Position numbers and translations under genes: made by a program
In this document: piece by piece, positions 63,536 to 64,000 of the stretch
Layout: the number at the start of each line of letters is the position of its first letter
How positions within the stretch are numbered: position 1 is the stretch's first letter
NCBI GenBank assembly: GCA_038087875.1
Contig: CM075993.1
Span: forward strand, 3,350,001 to 3,414,000
Direction: 5' to 3'
From: Malacoraja senta
Taxonomy: Eukaryota
DNA length: 64,000 nt
Notes under the pieces: generated by a model
Told to the model about the DNA's origin: nothing
The model's database searches: none
The model's input: only the letters and a program-made list of their open reading frames with translations

Positions 63536-63652
63536 CTGGACCAGGTGTGATCTGGGTGCCCAGTATTCAACAGAAGTCTCTCCCTTCATTTCTTCTGGTA
63601 GTTCATCGTAAGCTTTTGTCAAATCCTTTTGCTCTCTTGTCAAACTAAGCAG
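63536..63652 (-). CDS. Internal exon of an unidentified coiled-coil protein gene
   Basis: Acceptor (T)nCAACAG, donor CAG|GTAAAC. 117 nt, phase 0-0. Encodes LLSLTREQKDLTKAYDELPEEMKGETSVEYWAPRSHLVQ. Confidence 0.7.
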
Positions 63653-64000
63653 CTGTTGAAAAAAAAAACTCAGGAAAGTTATTATCATAACTTTTACTTA
63701 ATTCAAATACTTTTTATGCTTCTTTTACATAATTACTTCTTCAGTAGTGATGCAAGGATGAGGCTCATTAAAACAAGGGCGGTCATGGTGGAGCAGCGGT
63801 AGAGTTGCTGCCTTACAGCGCTTACAGCGCCAGAGACCCGGGTTCGATCCCGACTACGGGTGCTGTCTGTACGGAGTTTGTACGTTCTCCCCGTGACCTG
63901 CGTGGGTTTTCTCCGAGATCTTCAGTTTCCCCCCACACTCCAAAGACGTGCAGGTTTGTAGGTTGATTGGCTTGGTATGAATGTAAATTGTCCCTAGTGT

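Overview
Repeat-dense (mostly retroelement) vertebrate DNA. The HE1/V-SINE and CR1 content points to an elasmobranch, probably a skate or ray (inference). One + strand gene can be assembled by hand: an atypical synaptotagmin (TM-C2A-C2B, syt18-like by recall). It has four well-supported exons (33646-34493, 42780-42948, 44162-44328, 48759-48908) and two candidate phase-compatible first exons (15399-15402, 30607-30646). The 3' part of a convergent - strand coiled-coil gene lies at 57-64 kb and shows signs of frameshifts. Mobile elements include two near-identical, inverted Passport-like Tc1 transposons (one with an open 339-aa DD34E ORF) flanking the large synaptotagmin exon. There are also CR1, L2/Crack, RTE, Tx1/L1 and Penelope fragments, SINEs, Harbinger-like and hAT MITEs, and satellites. 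The most notable non-annotated signal is many Penelope-derived minimal hammerhead-ribozyme motifs showing covariation, often in fold-back arrangements. No wholly new biological system can be proven from the sequence alone.
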